From: Alphaproteobacteria bacterium
GTDB lineage: Bacteria > Pseudomonadota > Alphaproteobacteria > UBA828
DNA: 64,000 nt
NCBI GenBank assembly: GCA_965214705.1
Contig: OZ243972.1
Coordinates: forward strand, 384,001-448,000
Reading direction: 5' to 3'
The notes below the pieces were generated by a model that worked only from the letters and a program-made list of their open reading frames with translations, had not been told where the DNA came from and made no database searches. Below are positions 31,136 through 41,369 of the stretch, in pieces (the stretch's first letter is position 1; every line of letters starts with the position of its first letter). The position numbers were made by a program, and so were the translations under genes.

Positions 31136-34100
31136 ATGGTCGCGAGCCTGAGCGATCTCGGCTCGAGCGCGATGACGGTGGCGTATTTCGAGCGCGAGGG
31201 CTACTACGCGAAGAACGACGCGCGGCACCGGCGCGCGAGCTTCTGGCACGGCGAGGGGGCGGCGGCGCTGGGCCTGCCGCAGCACGTCTCGCCCAGGACC
31301 TTCGAGCGCGTTCTTGCCGGCCACGTTCCGGGGACGGAGATCCGGCTCGGCCGGGCGCGCGGCGGGGAGCACGAGCACCGGCCTGGGCTCGACCTCACGC
31401 TGTCCGCGCCGAAGTCGGTGTCGCTGGAGGCGCTGCTCTACGGCAACCGGCAAGTGCTGAGCGCCCACGACGCGGCGGTCAGGTCGACGCTGGACTGGGT
31501 CGAGGCGGAGCTTCTGCAGACGCGCGGCTATGACCCGGCGACAGGGCGGCGCCCGCGGGTGGCGGCGGACGGCCTGGTGGCGGCGGGGTTCCGGCACCTG
31601 ACGAGCCGGGACCAGGACCCGCAGCTGCACACGCACTGCATCCTCGCCAACATGACGCGCAACCGGGCGGGAGAGTGGCGGAGCGTGGAGCCCACGGAGA
31701 TCCGCCGCAACGTGAAGCTGATCGGCGCCTGTTACCGCCACGAGCTGGCGCGGCGGCTGATCGATCTGGGCTACCGCACGGAGACGACGATGATCGGCGG
31801 GGTCCCGGGCTTCGAGATCGCGGGCTACCCGCGCGCGCTGCTGGACACGTTCTCGTCGCGGCGCCGCGAGATCCTTGCCTGGCTGGACGAGCACGGTCTG
31901 CCCTACAGCGCGGCGCTGACGCAGCAGGCGGCGCTGATCACGCGCAAGCACAAGGTCGACAAGGATATCGACGCGCTGAAGACGGAGTGGAAGGGGCGGG
32001 CCGAGGGGATATCTCATGACCGCAGCCTCTCCCGGCAGGATCGCGCGCAGGACAGGCGCCAGTCGCGAGAGACCCACAAGGGCCGGCCCTATGTAAGGAC
32101 GGAACAGGAGCTGCGGCCCGACCACCAGGGCCTCAGCCCCCGCGAGATCGTCTGGCGGGCGGTGGAGCATCTTGCTGAGCGCGCGTCGGTGCTGCGGGAG
32201 AGCGATATCCGGGCGATCGCGCTGAGCCATGCGCCTGGCCGGCACGAGCTCGGCGAGATCGACGCGGCGGTGACGGGGCTGCTGGCTGACGGCCACCTGG
32301 TGGAGGCCAGGGTGCGGAGCGGCCGCTCCTTCGTGACGGGCGAGGCGCTGCGGTCCGAGCGCGAGATCGTGGTCCGCATGCGCGATGGCGTAGGTGCTGG
32401 GGACGCGCTGGCGGAGGAAGCGCGCGTATCGCATCGAATGGAACAGACCACCCTCACCGAGGGTCAGAGGGAGGCGGTGCGCACGATCCTGCTGTCGCGC
32501 GACCGGTTCGTGGCGGTGCAGGGCGCGGCGGGGACGGGCAAGACGACGATGCTGCGCGAGGCGCTGGACCTTATCGGCGAGCGCAAGGCGATCCTGCTGG
32601 CGCCGTCGGCGGCGGCGGCGCGGGTGCTGGCGGACGAGACCGGCGCCAGGGCGCGCACGCTGCAATGGTTCCTGACGCGCTACGGCGACATCGGCAATGC
32701 GCAGAAGATGGCCAGTGCAAGGCGCGAGCACGAGGGCTCGGTGCTGGTGCTGGACGAGTCGTCGATGACGTCGACGGCGCAGATGGAGCTGTTGATGCGG
32801 ATCTCGGAGCGCCTGCGGGTCGCCCGGCTGGTGCTGGTCGGCGACCGCGGCCAGCTGCGCGCGGCCGGCGCGGGCGAGCCCTTCCGCGCCCTGCAGGATG
32901 CGGGCATCGCGATGGCGGAGATGGACGAGATCCTGCGCCAGCGCGATCCGGGCCTCAAACGCGCCGTGGAGGCCCTGCAGCAGGGCCTGCCGGCGGAGGC
33001 GGCGCGGGAACTCGAAGTGCGCGAGGTGGCACACGAGGAGCTGGGGGCGGAGGCGGCCCGGCTCTGGCTCGCGCTCGACGGGGAGCAGCGCGAAGGAACG
33101 GCGATCCTCGCGCCCACCCACTTCCTCCGCGCCGAGATCCACCGCGTGGTGCGCGAGGGGCTCGCCCGGGAGGGGGTCTTGCACGGCCGCGAGATCGAGT
33201 TCGAGCGCTACGTGAACCGTCACCTGACGGCGGCCCAGAGGGCGGACGTGCGCAACCACGAGCCGGGCGACGTGGTGATCTTCCACTCGCGGGTGCCGCC
33301 GCTCAGGGTGGACGATGGGGACGCCTGCCGGATCGCCCGCGCCGAAGGCGGGCTGGTCTTCCTCGAGCACCCCTCGGGGCGCACGGTCCACATCCGGCCG
33401 GACGACCACTGGGTGCGCTACCGCTTCGGGATCTACGAGACGGCGCGCATCCACATCCGGGCGGGCGACCGTGTCCGCTGGACCAGGAACGACAAGCGGC
33501 ACGGGCTCGTCAACGGCGGGGAGGCGGTGGTGCTGGGGATCGACTCCCGCCGGGTGAAGTTCGACCTCGGCGGCGGAACGCGGCTGTCGCTTTCCCGCGA
33601 CGACCCGCAGCTTCGCCATATCGACCACGCCTGGAGCACGACGGTGCACGGGGCGCAGGGCATGACGCGGGATGCGGCGATCGGCGTGCTGGATACCGGG
33701 CACGGCCGTCTGACCGGCCAGGCGGGTCTCTACGTGGAGGCGAGCCGGGCGCGGGACCGCTTCGTGCTGGTGACCGACAACCGGGAGAGCCTGGAGGAGG
33801 CGCTGGAGGAGAACGCGGGTATCCGCATGACGGCGCTGGAGGCCGTGGGGGACGACGATGCGCCCCCCGGCCCGGCTGATGCAACCATCGGGATGCTGCG
33901 CGAGCTGAGGGACGACTGGCGTGCCCTCGTGGCGCGGGCCGCGGCCGAGCGTACCGCGCTCGACCGGATTGACGGCTACGCCCGGATCGTGACCGGCGTA
34001 CATGCCCTTGCTGCCGAAACGGATCTGCCGCCGGAGATGCAGGGCTTCGTCGACGAGGTGCGTGAGCGGGACGCCGGGATCGTGGAACGGCGGCGCGACG

Positions 34101-36295
34101 CGCTGGCCTTCGTGCACGAGGCGGAGATGCACTGCCGCCGGCAGCCTCTCCTCAAGTGGGCGGCGGAGGAGCGCGGCGTGGCGGTATCCGCGCTGCCGGA
34201 GCATGCGGCGTGGCGGGCCGAGGGCGCGGCGCTGGAGGAGACCGGTAGGCGGATGCAGGAGACCCCCGGCTTCATCGGGCGGATCGCGGCCGCTCTGGGG
34301 CGGATCGCGCAGGGCTTCCGGCTCGACGAGGGAGAACGGTTTTGCGAAGCGGTCGCCCGCCATGAGGCGGAGGCGCAGAGACTGGGGATCGACCCCGGCG
34401 GGATGGCGGGGGCGGCGGGGCTCGTGCAACGGGCGGAGGCGCTGGGGCGCCACGAGCTCCCCGAAGCCGTGCGCCGGACGGTCGCGGCGTGGGTCCCGAT
34501 CACCGAGCCGTCTTCTCGGGAAACGGTGCAACGACTCACTCCGGATGACCTTGAGGCCGGCCGCCGCATCGAGGCGTTCATGCGCGACTGCCGGCAGTGC
34601 CTGGAGGCAGCCGTGCCTGCGGCGCAGGAACTGGACCCGCGGATCGACGCGGCTGAACAACTTCGCCGCGAGGGACTTCGGCTGCTCGGCGAGGGCGAGG
34701 GAGCGAAGCTCGACGATCCGGCGCGTGCGCGCCTGTCCCGCGCGGCCGACGAACGGATGAGGGTGCGCGATGCCGTGGACGCGCTGGGGGCGGAAGTTCA
34801 AGGGCTCCGTTCGCGGGCGTTCATGGAACTCAGCGGGACCGTCACCCGGCAGGGCCTTGAGGCGCGCTGCGATCCGGTCGACTTGCCGGCATGGGGGAAC
34901 TTGCGGGATCGCGCCGAGGCGCTCCGGGGCGAAGCGGGCCTCGCGCCGGACGCGCGGGAGGCGGTCGATGCGGTGCTTGCCCGTTCTGCCCGCGTGGAGG
35001 CCGAGATCGCCCCCGTCAACGCGTTCCTCGAAGAGGGTACCCGGCACCTGGATCGGCGCGCGGCGCTGGACGAAGGGCGCGGCATCGTCGAGCCTCCATC
35101 CCCGGATGCGGTCCCGGTCTGGCGGGAACGCTCGCGGGAGCTTCGCGAGACCGCCCTGAGCCTTCTGGGAGAGTCGCCCGCCGACAACCGGCAGACACAG
35201 GCGGCGGCCCGGCTTGCCGACATGCCGCGGCTTCAGGCCAGCGTCCGGGAGGTGCTGGACCGGCTGGAGACCGTGGAGCTGGGCGACGAGGTCGCGGACT
35301 TCCGCAAGCTCGCGGCCACGGTCGAGGGGCGGGCCAGGCGGCAGGAAACGCTGCCGCTCCACGCCGAGGGCTACGGCCAGGTGACCGCGATGGCGCAATC
35401 CCTCTCCAGCAACGCGGTCTTGCCGGAAGCAGAACGCCATCAGGCGGCGGCGTGGCTCGACCGCGACCGGGACTGGAACGAGGAGCTCGCCGCGGCGCGG
35501 AAACTCACCGCGACGCAAGAGCAGGATGTCGACACGGCGGGCCTTGCCGAGGCCCTCCGCCAGGCCGCGCACCTGCCCGCCGCGAGGTCGGCCATCAGGC
35601 AGGAAACCGCCCTGCTCGCACGCTCGACGGCGCCGGAGCGGTGGACGGCGTGGACCGGCGACGCGCCGCTGGTCGCGGGCGACCGTATCGCCTGGCGCGC
35701 GCGCGGCACGGTGCACCAGGGGGCGGTGGCGTTCCCGGGGGAGACAGGCGGCGTGCGCGCGAGCGACACGCTGCTGGTGAAAATCGTGCAGCCGGCAGAC
35801 GGCTCCGTTCTCGAAGACGCGGGCCAGATTGTAGAGATCCATGCTCAGGCCCTGCGGGACGTCAGATGCGTCCGCGCCGCGTGGTCCGACGAGGGGCTCA
35901 GGCAGCTGGAAGCCGCCCGGCAGTACTCGGTGCCCAGCGCCGCCTGCCGGCTCGCCTGTCCCGAGCCTGTCGCGGGCGACCGCATCGCCTGGACCGAGGC
36001 TGTCGGCCGGAACGAAGCGGTGCGGACGGTCGAGGCCGTGGTCGCCACACGGACCGAAGTCTCCGACGAGCACGAGTTGGGGCTGCGGGTGATCCACGCC
36101 TCAGGTCCCGACGCGCCGGAGCCCGGCGCCTCGATCCGGCGCACCGCAGACGAGGTCACCGCGCGCGGCTGCTACCGCGCCGCGTGGTCCGACGAGACCC
36201 GGCGCGAGGCCGAACTCGACCCGCAGAAGGAGGTGCGGGAGCAGACCCTGAAACAGGGCCTCGAGCACTCCCGCGGCGGGGGGATCGGCATGTGA
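31136..36295 (+). CDS. MOBF (TrwC/TraI-like) relaxase-helicase with long C-terminal extension
   Basis: AYF..GYY, DLTLSAPKSVS, HLTSRDQDPQLHTHC (HUH), FSSRR, QGAAGTGKT, DESSM, HAWSTTVHGAQG, YVEASRAR. Confidence 0.95.
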   Translation: MVASLSDLGSSAMTVAYFEREGYYAKNDARHRRASFWHGEGAAALGLPQHVSPRTFERVLAGHVPGTEIRLGRARGGEHEHRPGLDLTLSAPKSVSLEALLYGNRQVLSAHDAAVRSTLDWVEAELLQTRGYDPATGRRPRVAADGLVAAGFRHLTSRDQDPQLHTHCILANMTRNRAGEWRSVEPTEIRRNVKLIGACYRHELARRLIDLGYRTETTMIGGVPGFEIAGYPRALLDTFSSRRREILAWLDEHGLPYSAALTQQAALITRKHKVDKDIDALKTEWKGRAEGISHDRSLSRQDRAQDRRQSRETHKGRPYVRTEQELRPDHQGLSPREIVWRAVEHLAERASVLRESDIRAIALSHAPGRHELGEIDAAVTGLLADGHLVEARVRSGRSFVTGEALRSEREIVVRMRDGVGAGDALAEEARVSHRMEQTTLTEGQREAVRTILLSRDRFVAVQGAAGTGKTTMLREALDLIGERKAILLAPSAAAARVLADETGARARTLQWFLTRYGDIGNAQKMASARREHEGSVLVLDESSMTSTAQMELLMRISERLRVARLVLVGDRGQLRAAGAGEPFRALQDAGIAMAEMDEILRQRDPGLKRAVEALQQGLPAEAARELEVREVAHEELGAEAARLWLALDGEQREGTAILAPTHFLRAEIHRVVREGLAREGVLHGREIEFERYVNRHLTAAQRADVRNHEPGDVVIFHSRVPPLRVDDGDACRIARAEGGLVFLEHPSGRTVHIRPDDHWVRYRFGIYETARIHIRAGDRVRWTRNDKRHGLVNGGEAVVLGIDSRRVKFDLGGGTRLSLSRDDPQLRHIDHAWSTTVHGAQGMTRDAAIGVLDTGHGRLTGQAGLYVEASRARDRFVLVTDNRESLEEALEENAGIRMTALEAVGDDDAPPGPADATIGMLRELRDDWRALVARAAAERTALDRIDGYARIVTGVHALAAETDLPPEMQGFVDEVRERDAGIVERRRDALAFVHEAEMHCRRQPLLKWAAEERGVAVSALPEHAAWRAEGAALEETGRRMQETPGFIGRIAAALGRIAQGFRLDEGERFCEAVARHEAEAQRLGIDPGGMAGAAGLVQRAEALGRHELPEAVRRTVAAWVPITEPSSRETVQRLTPDDLEAGRRIEAFMRDCRQCLEAAVPAAQELDPRIDAAEQLRREGLRLLGEGEGAKLDDPARARLSRAADERMRVRDAVDALGAEVQGLRSRAFMELSGTVTRQGLEARCDPVDLPAWGNLRDRAEALRGEAGLAPDAREAVDAVLARSARVEAEIAPVNAFLEEGTRHLDRRAALDEGRGIVEPPSPDAVPVWRERSRELRETALSLLGESPADNRQTQAAARLADMPRLQASVREVLDRLETVELGDEVADFRKLAATVEGRARRQETLPLHAEGYGQVTAMAQSLSSNAVLPEAERHQAAAWLDRDRDWNEELAAARKLTATQEQDVDTAGLAEALRQAAHLPAARSAIRQETALLARSTAPERWTAWTGDAPLVAGDRIAWRARGTVHQGAVAFPGETGGVRASDTLLVKIVQPADGSVLEDAGQIVEIHAQALRDVRCVRAAWSDEGLRQLEAARQYSVPSAACRLACPEPVAGDRIAWTEAVGRNEAVRTVEAVVATRTEVSDEHELGLRVIHASGPDAPEPGASIRRTADEVTARGCYRAAWSDETRREAELDPQKEVREQTLKQGLEHSRGGGIGM

Positions 36296-37560
36296 GCCAG
36301 CCAAGCCTGCACCGCTGCCTCCAGAGAGAGCATGTTCGGATATCCCGTTCAAGCTGCTTGCCGGGGACGCGTCCGAGGATGATCGCAGCGTCGCTCAACC
36401 GAGCAGCGGCGGCTTGCGCGCCATCCAGTCCCGGAACTGCCGCTCGACCACCGGCCCGGCGTCCGGGCCGAACACCGCCACGAGCAGCGGCCCGAGCTCG
36501 TGCTCCCGGCTCTGCAGTACGAGGTCGTCCAACGTCGTCATGAGCAGCAGCTCGACCGACTGCCGCAGCCGTTCGATCGACCCTCCGGAGGCCGTCGACA
36601 GCATACTCTCGGCCAGGCGGTCCACACGGTCGAGCAGCCGGCGCTGTTCCGCCTCGCTCAGCGCCAGAGCCGGCGCGTTCGCCTGCGCGGGGTCTAGTGT
36701 CCTGATCCATAAGTTCGTATTACTGCATTGTTGATTGAAGCGAGGAGGCTCATTCCGTGGCGAGAACAGCGGTGGACATCATCCTGACAGATGAAGAGCG
36801 CAAGGAGCTGGATCGGCTGAGCCGGAGCCGCAAGTCGTGGCAGGCCTTGGCGCTGAGAGCGCGGATCGTGCTGGCGGCAGCGGACGGTCTGTCCAACAAG
36901 GAGATTTCGGCCCTTTTGGAGGTCACGGAGTTGACCGTCGGCAAGTGGCGCCGCCGCTTCGCCGAAGACCGCCTCGACGGTCTGCATGACGCGCCGCGTT
37001 CGGGCGCGCCCCGGCGCATCGGCGACGACGAGGTTGCCGAGGTCGTTCGCATGACGCTGGAGGAAACACCGCCCGACGCCACCCACTGGAGCCTGCGCTC
37101 GATGGCGCGCGCCACCGGTTACGGCGCCTCGACCATCCATCGCATCTGGCAGGCCTTTTCCCTGCAGCCGCACCGCAGCGAGACCTTCAAGCTGTCGGCG
37201 GACCCGTACTTCGTGGACAAGGTGCGCGACATCGTCGGCCTGTACGTGGACCCGCCGCAGCATGCCATGGTTCCCTGTGTGGACGAGAAGTCCCAGGTTC
37301 AGGCCCTCGACCGCACCCAGCCCTTGCTGCCGCTGCGGCCCGGCCAGGTTGAGCGGCGCACCCATGACTACAAGCGCAACGGCACGACCTCGTTGTTCGC
37401 CGCCCTCGACGTCGCCACCGGCGAGGTCATCGGCAAGTGTTTCCACCGTCACCGAAGCCGGGAGTTCCGCAAGTTCCTGGACCACATCGAGGCCAACGTG
37501 CCCGAGGATCTCGACATCCATATCGTCATGGACAACTACTGTAAGAGGGGCAAATCTTGG

Positions 37561-38231
37561 GAGCGCCAGGCTAACTCTGTCGTGGATAGCCGGTGAAAGT
37601 CCGGTGAAGGGAAGGACTAACGAACCACCCTTGCCTTGAGCCGTGCGTCGGCCTTCGCGAGGAGGCAGGCGAAGCGTCGGTAGAGGTGCGCGTGGGCAGG
37701 ACATTGAGCACCGAAAATGCCGTCATTCGGAGTGCCGAGGCCATCCAGAAGGTCGAAGGCAACACCGGCCGCCCGCTTTCGTGAGGGCCGGCAGGGCTCC
37801 GCGGTGTCCAAGACCCCAGGCACGCGCGTACGTCCACACAGGGGACCTGGGAGGCCTCTTCATCACCCGTGCCTCAGAGTGCGGGTCGTGACGGGAAGGG
37901 TGGATGCCCATAGCCGTCGATGTACGATGGGGAGGAATCTGACTCGGTCGTAGTACCGTTGAAACGGGGGAACAAAGGGGCGTGACAACCTTGGCGGACT
38001 TCGTGGAGGAAAGGACCGGGGCCAACGGGAGATCGGGGACCTGAAGCATGTGCCGGGCACAGAACCGGGTAAGCATGTCACAGGAGGGTCTCCGAACACG
38101 CCGCCGTGCGAGACGTCGCAAGAGCGACGAGAGTGCGCCGGACGTCTGACCGGAGGCAGGAGCCGGATGCCTTAGCGGGCACGTCCGGATCTGCGCGGGG
38201 GGCGCTGGGTAACCAGCGTCCCTACCGCGAA
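37561..38231 (+). ncRNA. ORF-less group II intron ribozyme
   Basis: Domain V GAGCCGGATGCC-TTAG-CGGGCACGTCCGGATC (38160-38191, AGC triad); domain VI GGGGCGCTGG-TAA-CCAGCGTCCCT-A-CCGCGA; domain I motifs GGTGAAAGTCC, GAAGCGT, GAAGGCAACA; TCTGAC..GTAGTACC and GTGGAGGAAAGG; no RT ORF. Confidence 0.85.
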
Positions 38232-38278
38232 GATGAAGCGGCGTGGTTCCGGCTTTGAGGTCCGGTTTGGGCAGGACC

Positions 38279-39946
38279 TCAGATGGCCTGCGGAGCGAGC
38301 ACTGGGCCAGCGGTCGGTCGCTGGCGCGCGAGGTCGGGGAGCCAGGGGACACTTTCGGCACCTGGGATGCCCAGGCGGTCACCGAGGTAGTTCCAGAATG
38401 AGATGCCGTGGCGGGCACAGGTCTTCATGTGGGTGAGGAAGGCGTCGCGGCAGGCACGGCCTTGATCCGAGCGGGTTCCGCCCGAGACCTTGCGGCGGAC
38501 GACACAGACGCGCAGGTCGTTCTCGGTACCGTTGGTGTGGGCCGGCACGTCGGGACGGTCGAGCACGGCGAGCAGCTTGTCGCGGTTGGCGAGGGTGCGC
38601 CCGATCTGCTCGTCGAGCAGGCGGTAGCCGGTGCCGGTCCGGAAGGTACGCGCGAAGCTGCGCTCGACGACGGCGCGTCTGCGCGGACTTGGCTGGCGGC
38701 AATAGGCACCGAGCAGCCGGTACGTCCGCCAGATGCCGCCGCGCACCTGATCGACGGCCGCACGGCTCGCGTCGCTCCAGACCGGCAACGTGCGATAGAG
38801 CCTCTCGGCATGGATCCAGCACAGGAACTGGTGCAGGCCGAGGTCGAACTGGCCGGCGTCGTCGCTCAGGATGGCGCTGTCCTCGCGCAGCAGGCCATGG
38901 GCGAACAGACAGCCGAGCCGGGCGCCCTCGGTGGCGAGGAGCCGGGCCCTGGGGGCGTCGATCCCGAGCCCGTCGAGGAACGCCATCCACAGGTCAGGCC
39001 CGTCAAACCGACCACCGGCATGCCCCCTCAACGCGTCAAGCGCCCGACGCGGCATGCTGTGGCTCTCCATGTGCCGGAACGCTTCATCGTTCAGCACGTA
39101 CTCGTCGAGGGCGCCGCACATCGTGTCGAGGAAGCTCAGACGGCTCTTCGACCCCGTCGTTCCGAACCAGCCGAAGCAATCGTTGCCGATCGAGATGCAA
39201 TAGCCGTTGCGCCCTTGATGGCGCGCGCCAGTGTCGTCGACCGAGATCCAGGCCGCCCCCTCAAGACCCGCCTTCAGTATCTCCGCCGCCTCGCCGACGA
39301 ACGGTTCCCTGTTCCCGGTCAGCAGGCGCCGCACCTGACGCTCCGAGATGTCGAGGCCGATCGCATCGAGCAGGGCAGTGATGCGCGGGATCGTGCTCTG
39401 GCCCTGGTGGTAGAGCATCAGCACGAAGCGATGCAGCTCCAGGTTGAAGCCGCCGATCACGCCGTCGGGCAGCTCAGCGACGATGATGCGCCCATCCGGC
39501 GTCACCACGCGCTCGCGCTGAAAAACGACGTTGTGGACTTCGAGTTCCAGCAGTTGGGCGTGATAGTCCTGGTAATCTTTGTGGACCGAGCCCTCGGGCG
39601 CGTCCTCTACGCAGACGACCACGCGCTTCGCGTCCTTGCGGCCCTGCTTGGGGCCTCGCCGCTTCTTCGAGGCGCCCGAAGAGCGCCGGCCTCCCTCCAG
39701 GCCCTTGCCGCCCGAGCCCTTGCCGTCTCCGTCGCCCGCGCCCGGTTTGATATCCGGCTTGCCGGGCAACCTCTTGAGTTGGCGGATCTCGGCCTTGAGC
39801 ATCTCGATCGTCTCGGTGTGCACTGCGACCGTCTCCTTGAGACGCTCGTTCTCGGCACGCAGCTCAAGGATCGTTTCCGCCTGCGCGGCGTTCGTCGCCC
39901 GCAGTTCCTCGATCAACCGAGCCTGGGTTTGAAGCGAATCGACCAT
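38279..39946 (-). CDS. IS66-family transposase
   Basis: Coiled-coil N-terminus, SVDDTGARHQG, SKSRL, SDDAGQF, CWIHAER, HTNGTENDLR..RKVSGGTRS. Confidence 0.88.
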   Translation of the reverse strand: MVDSLQTQARLIEELRATNAAQAETILELRAENERLKETVAVHTETIEMLKAEIRQLKRLPGKPDIKPGAGDGDGKGSGGKGLEGGRRSSGASKKRRGPKQGRKDAKRVVVCVEDAPEGSVHKDYQDYHAQLLELEVHNVVFQRERVVTPDGRIIVAELPDGVIGGFNLELHRFVLMLYHQGQSTIPRITALLDAIGLDISERQVRRLLTGNREPFVGEAAEILKAGLEGAAWISVDDTGARHQGRNGYCISIGNDCFGWFGTTGSKSRLSFLDTMCGALDEYVLNDEAFRHMESHSMPRRALDALRGHAGGRFDGPDLWMAFLDGLGIDAPRARLLATEGARLGCLFAHGLLREDSAILSDDAGQFDLGLHQFLCWIHAERLYRTLPVWSDASRAAVDQVRGGIWRTYRLLGAYCRQPSPRRRAVVERSFARTFRTGTGYRLLDEQIGRTLANRDKLLAVLDRPDVPAHTNGTENDLRVCVVRRKVSGGTRSDQGRACRDAFLTHMKTCARHGISFWNYLGDRLGIPGAESVPWLPDLARQRPTAGPVLAPQAI

Positions 39947-40195
39947 GGACCCTCCGCGCGCAGGCTGTCCATAAAGCGCGCGAAGTCCAGCGAAAAATGC
40001 GCGCTCAACCCCCTGATCCGGATCGGCAACGCGGTCGCGTCACATGGCCGGGCCCATGGCCGCTGCACCCGGAACTGGAAGCGCGATGGCCAGGAAACGC
40101 TGAAGGTGGCCCGATGCCATCACCAAGGACTACCGTCAGCGCCGGGCGTAACAAACAGGTACCCCCAAGCGACATCACACCAGTTGCGCGCGCTC

Positions 40196-40485
40196 ACCAA
40201 GTCCCCTGTGTGGACGTACGCGCTCACCTGGGGTCTCGGACACCGCGGAGCCCCGCCGCCCTCACGAAAACGGGCGGCCGGTGTTGCCTTCGACCTTCTG
40301 GATGGCCTCGGCACTCCGAATGACGGCATGTTCGGTGCTCGATGTCCTGCCCACGCGCACCTCTACCGACGCTTCGCCTGCCTCCTCGCGAAGGCCGACG
40401 CACGGCTCAAGGCAAGGATGGGTCGTCAGTCCTTCCCTTCACCGGATTTTCACCGGCTGTCCACGACAAAGTTAGGCTGGCGCTC
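40196..40485 (-). ncRNA. Truncated inverted copy of the group II intron 5' region (domain I)
   Basis: Reverse complement aligns with 37561-37850 with scattered substitutions; no domain V/VI seen on this strand. Confidence 0.8.
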
Positions 40486-41369
40486 CCAGGATTTGCCCCT
40501 CTTACCAACTACTCGACGCACAAGACAAAGGAAGTCCGCGCCTGGTTCGCCAAGCGGCCTCGCTGGCATGTCCACTTCACGCCGACCTCGGCGTCGTGGC
40601 TCAACCAGGTGGAGCGGTTCTTCTCCGATCTGACGGAGAAGCAGATCCGTCGCGGGGTTCACCGCTCGACCGTCGAGTTGGAGCAGGCGATCACCGCGTA
40701 CATCGAGGCCGTCAACGAGGACCCCAAGCCGTTCCGCTGGCACAAGTCAGCCGACGAAATCCTGGCTTCCATCAAGCGCTTCTGCCTGAGAACCCTCGAA
40801 CTCGCGCCAGCTCAATCATAGCTATGCGAACTTCGGAATCAGGACACTAGTGTCGTGTCCCACAGATACGCGTAGTATAATGATGACCTCTCAAGCGCCA
40901 GGAGGTCGTCATGCCGCGCGGACGCCAACTCCCGCCACTGGTTCTCGCTGCCGATCAACGGGATCAGTTGGTGACCCTTTCGCAATCGACCTCGATGCCG
41001 CACGGCCTTGTGCAGAGGGCCCGCATGATCCTGGCCTGTGCGGAGGGCCTGACCAACACCGCCGTGGCCGAGCGGCTGGATGTCTCGCTGTCGGCGGTCG
41101 GCAAATGGCGGCGCCGGTTCCTGGAGCAGGGGGTTCAGGGGCTACATGACGAACTTCGCCCGGGACGTCCCCGCAGCTATGGCGACGAGAAGGTGGCCGG
41201 ACTGATCAACCGCGCCCTGCAGAAGAAGCCGGACAACGCCGACGCCTGGAGCGTCCGCCTGATGGCGGAAGCCGAGGGTGTGTCAAAGAGCACCGTGCAA
41301 CGCTGGTTCTCGCTGTTCGGGGTCAAGCCGCACCGGAGCGACACCTTCAAGCTGTCCAGCGATCCGTTC

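Larger units (their letters stand above)
37541..40505 (-). mobile_element. IS66-family element with about 310-bp inverted ends containing group II intron sequence
   Basis: TIR GTAAGAGGGGCAAATC at both ends; 8-bp TSD CAACTACT at 37533-37540 and 40506-40513. Confidence 0.9.
36694..40850 (+). mobile_element. IS630-family element 1 (transposase 36757-37540 plus 40514-40821), interrupted by IS66
   Basis: Ends CTAGTGTCCTGAT / ATCAGGACACTAG; [16 protein letters not shown]|[14 protein letters not shown]. Confidence 0.92.

Noticed and set aside
31058-36097. 1679-aa minus-strand ORF
   Set aside because: Antisense shadow of the relaxase in high-GC DNA; no motifs.
37541-40505. Classical IStron that splices out the whole element
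   Set aside because: The complete ribozyme ends before the transposase and is on the opposite strand; no domain V/VI follows the transposase on its own strand.
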